Positions 62,915 to 64,000 of a stretch of DNA of 64,000 nt are shown one piece after another; within the stretch, counting starts at the first letter, position 1; each line of letters opens with the position of its first letter. The stretch is taken from NCBI RefSeq assembly GCF_964204645.1, contig NC_134030.1, forward strand, positions 2,460,778 through 2,524,777. The letters are read 5' to 3'. A model generated the notes under the pieces. It had not been told where the DNA came from. It worked only from the letters and a program-made list of their open reading frames with translations, and did no database searches. A program made the position numbers and the translations under genes. The DNA comes from Tubulanus polymorphus (taxonomy: Eukaryota; Animalia; Nemertea).

Positions 62915-64000
62915 ATGACTGAGGGGGCGTCTAAATCCGTGGAACCAAGTTATGGTACAGTTTGATGAGTTTTCTACTTTTTTCTACTTATTTTTTTCGT
63001 GACGTGTGCCTCTACTTTACTTGTCTCTATGGCGGCCTCTAACTGCTAGTAAAATAGAAGAGACTGATTGGATTCCATTTCTGCCCTTGAACGAGTTATG
63101 AATTGATCTGATTTTCTAAATAAATATTGCAGGATTCAATATGCATTATGGTAAAGATGATCTTGTGCGTATAACAGTAGAGATACCCGGTTTAGAAGCC
63201 ACTGTAACCGGAGTTAAATCTGGTGCTCATGGATTCGAGCGAAAAGTCAAACCGGATAGTTGTAAACTTGACGTTCAGTTCGCTGATAAGTAAGTTCAGT
63301 AAGCTACATCAGTTTGAGGGCTTTCATCAGTCTGTTTTAGCAGTTACAGGGTTCTTGCAGGTTTCGCAATTTCGTTTTCCATTCCCAGATCAGGAATTAC
63401 ACATTACCAACCTAGAACAGGCAATTCAAAGTAAACAAGCGCAAATTATCATCACCATCGACAAAGTGTTTTCATAATATTTGTTATGGAATATGTAGTA
63501 AGAAATTTTGGCATATAGCCTAAAATTCTTAAGTAGAGAAAGAAAATTTTATTTTTAGACCATTTTTCTGATTTTCCGAAACAAAACTTCCATTTTCCAA
63601 AACTTGTGAGAACCTAGTTAGTTACCTAATCGTTGGTGGTAAGCTTTTTATAATCGGATAGGCTTATACCAACCTTGTGGTTTGTGAAAATATCCGATCG
63701 TGAAACTAAACCACAGTCAGGTTACTGACAAGTGAGAACCCTAAACGTAGCATTGAAGGTTCCTCATTCAGTTAGCCTCATAGAATCAATTTAGAAAACC
63801 ATTAATTTTGTGCAATCATTAATTCAGGAGAGTGGTGCTGGATGCTCGGATATTATCAGGGACACACACCGGTACACATTATCATCTAGAACTAGACGAA
63901 GACGACTGCCGTGTCGCGATAAAGGATCAACCGTTCAGTTCATACGACGTCAGTATCGCAATTACCTCGATGTCACCTGCAAAACTACACACATCTATAT
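62915..64000 (+). CDS. Partial spliced gene, possible CS (p23/HSP20-like) domain protein; exons 62915-62954, 63133-63289, (optional 63389-63430), 63828->64000
   Basis: Phase-compatible GT-AG junctions give MTEGASKSVEPSYGFNMHYGKDDLVRITVEIPGL...KLDVQFADKRVVLDARILSGTHTGTHYHLELD, a pattern resembling CS domains. The start may lie further upstream. Confidence 0.5.

Overview
AT-rich, intron-containing DNA of an invertebrate animal (probably a lophotrochozoan; this is inference). It is not prokaryotic, so most ORF-track entries are exon fragments or noise. In order, the window holds: (1) an IFI27/ISG12-like gene (2912-3617) in a ~3.75 kb tandem duplication, with a tandemly repeated promoter carrying NF-kB-, IRF- and STAT-like motifs; (2) a repeat/MITE-rich stretch; (3) four tandem 3-exon MFSD4/NaGLT1-like MFS transporter genes (13.8-39.3 kb) in chimeric duplication units, with an intronic 53-bp hairpin satellite that has expanded to different lengths; (4) a Penelope-like retroelement remnant with an intact minimal hammerhead ribozyme (47714-47757); (5) an intronless aerolysin/ETX-MTX2 (LIN-24-like) pore-forming protein gene (48317-49099); (6) a co-duplicated cassette GPCR> <IgR GPCR> <IgR GPCR> (50.0-62.1 kb); (7) the start of a probable CS/p23-domain gene at the right edge. 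IgR is a multi-exon receptor that the ORF track does not show as a whole: signal peptide, one Ig-like domain, mucin stalk, TM helix, and a tail with two ITIM/ITSM-like tyrosine motifs. Differences between copies of both the GPCR and IgR fall almost entirely in extracellular ligand-facing parts. This cassette is the best candidate for an undescribed immune or self/non-self recognition system. All gene models were built by eye from GT-AG signals and reading-frame continuity and need RNA-seq confirmation.
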